64,000 nt of DNA, taken from the NCBI RefSeq assembly GCF_001194135.2, contig NC_068982.1, positions 63,501,608 to 63,565,607 of the forward strand, read 5' to 3'. A program made the translations under genes and the position numbers. Below, piece after piece: positions 63,067-64,000 of this stretch; position 1 is the stretch's first letter, and each line of letters begins with the position of its first letter. The notes under the pieces were generated by a model, which saw only the letters and a program-made list of their open reading frames with translations, searched no databases and was not told the DNA's origin. Source of the stretch: Octopus bimaculoides. Its lineage: Eukaryota.

Positions 63067-63940
63067 CTTGTTAAAAAGTTCAACAATGACACTGGGATGA
63101 AGCCACTTTTGTAAGAGGCAAGCTCAAGCAGACAGTTTCCATTGGAATAGATTCCGACTCTACCATCAAGAAATTTGACACAAAGGGAACTTGACATAAC
63201 AAATACCTGGGGAGAAACGAAGGAGATGGTATACAACATGACACTTATGAAGGAAAAAATAGGAAAGTAGTAATACATACTAAAAGTAGGCACATACTAA
63301 AAACTGAACAAAACTCCAATAATCGCATCGAAGTCATTAACAACCTGGCACTTACAGTATTCCAATATAGTTTTAACATCACTACCTGGAATCTTACAGA
63401 GCTCCAACGCCTGGACAGGAAGACAAGAATGCTACTAACATCTAAGAATATGCACCACCCAAAAGCAGATGCTGATCGTCCGTACAAACCTAGAAGTAAT
63501 GGGGAAGAGGAATGATGCAGGTAGGACTGTGCTATAAGACCTCTACAATAGCAATGAACAGGTGCTTATCTACTACAGAAGACTGGACGCTGCGGATTGT
63601 GTGAAAACATGGAAGAAGCAAAAAATCACATTCTACTGTCAAGAAGCTTGCAAATTCCCAAGAGAACTTGGCATTAACGCTGAAATAGTTGAGGAACCTG
63701 AAACCACTGCCACAAAATAAGCAAAATGGATCAAGCAGACTGCAAAAACGGACGGGAAACAATAAATAGAGGAGCGGTGGAGCCAGAAGCCTCTGCATGG
63801 ACAGTATATACTTCAAAGTCGAAATGCTGATGCAGACCAAGCAGCAACCCATCAATGCCTGAGAAGTTCAAGGTGGAAAGCAGACTGAAGGCTTCATATT
63901 GACAGCACAAGACCAAATCTTACTTACAAGAAACTGTCAG
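63067..63940 (+). mobile_element. R4/Dong-type LINE fragment (RT end to pre-CCHC region)
   Basis: KYLGRNEGDGIQH, INNLALTVFQYSF, ELQRLDRKTRMLLT, HHPKADADR, LHGQY, GFILTAQDQ; starts directly after (AAT)n. Confidence 0.85.
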
Positions 63941-63951
63941 ACTATATACAT

Positions 63952-64000
<49 letters not shown>

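Overview
AT-rich eukaryotic DNA, dense in microsatellites and with ten N-gaps. The SINE, mariner and R4/Dong content resembles an octopus or other coleoid cephalopod genome; this is an inference from remembered repeat families, not a database match. I recognise no host protein-coding gene. All recognisable coding remnants belong to decayed transposons: R4/Dong-type RLE LINEs, two RTE LINEs, Penelope-like (PLE) fragments, two copies of one mariner, and a hAT-like DNA transposon. There are also many tRNA-derived SINEs. The main discovery is at the RNA level: six minimal type-I hammerhead ribozyme (HHR) motifs plus one broken remnant, in five non-coding repeat contexts that show no obvious similarity to each other by eye. 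Two contexts are head-to-head fold-back elements with a hammerhead in each arm (11.1-11.7 kb, 30.2-31.4 kb). The first is a tRNA-headed (Pol III type) SINE-like element with a hammerhead tail and a 15-bp TSD. Two unrelated hammerheads share the unusual core CUGUUGA (A6U). All ribozyme calls are hand folds; none was tested computationally or experimentally.
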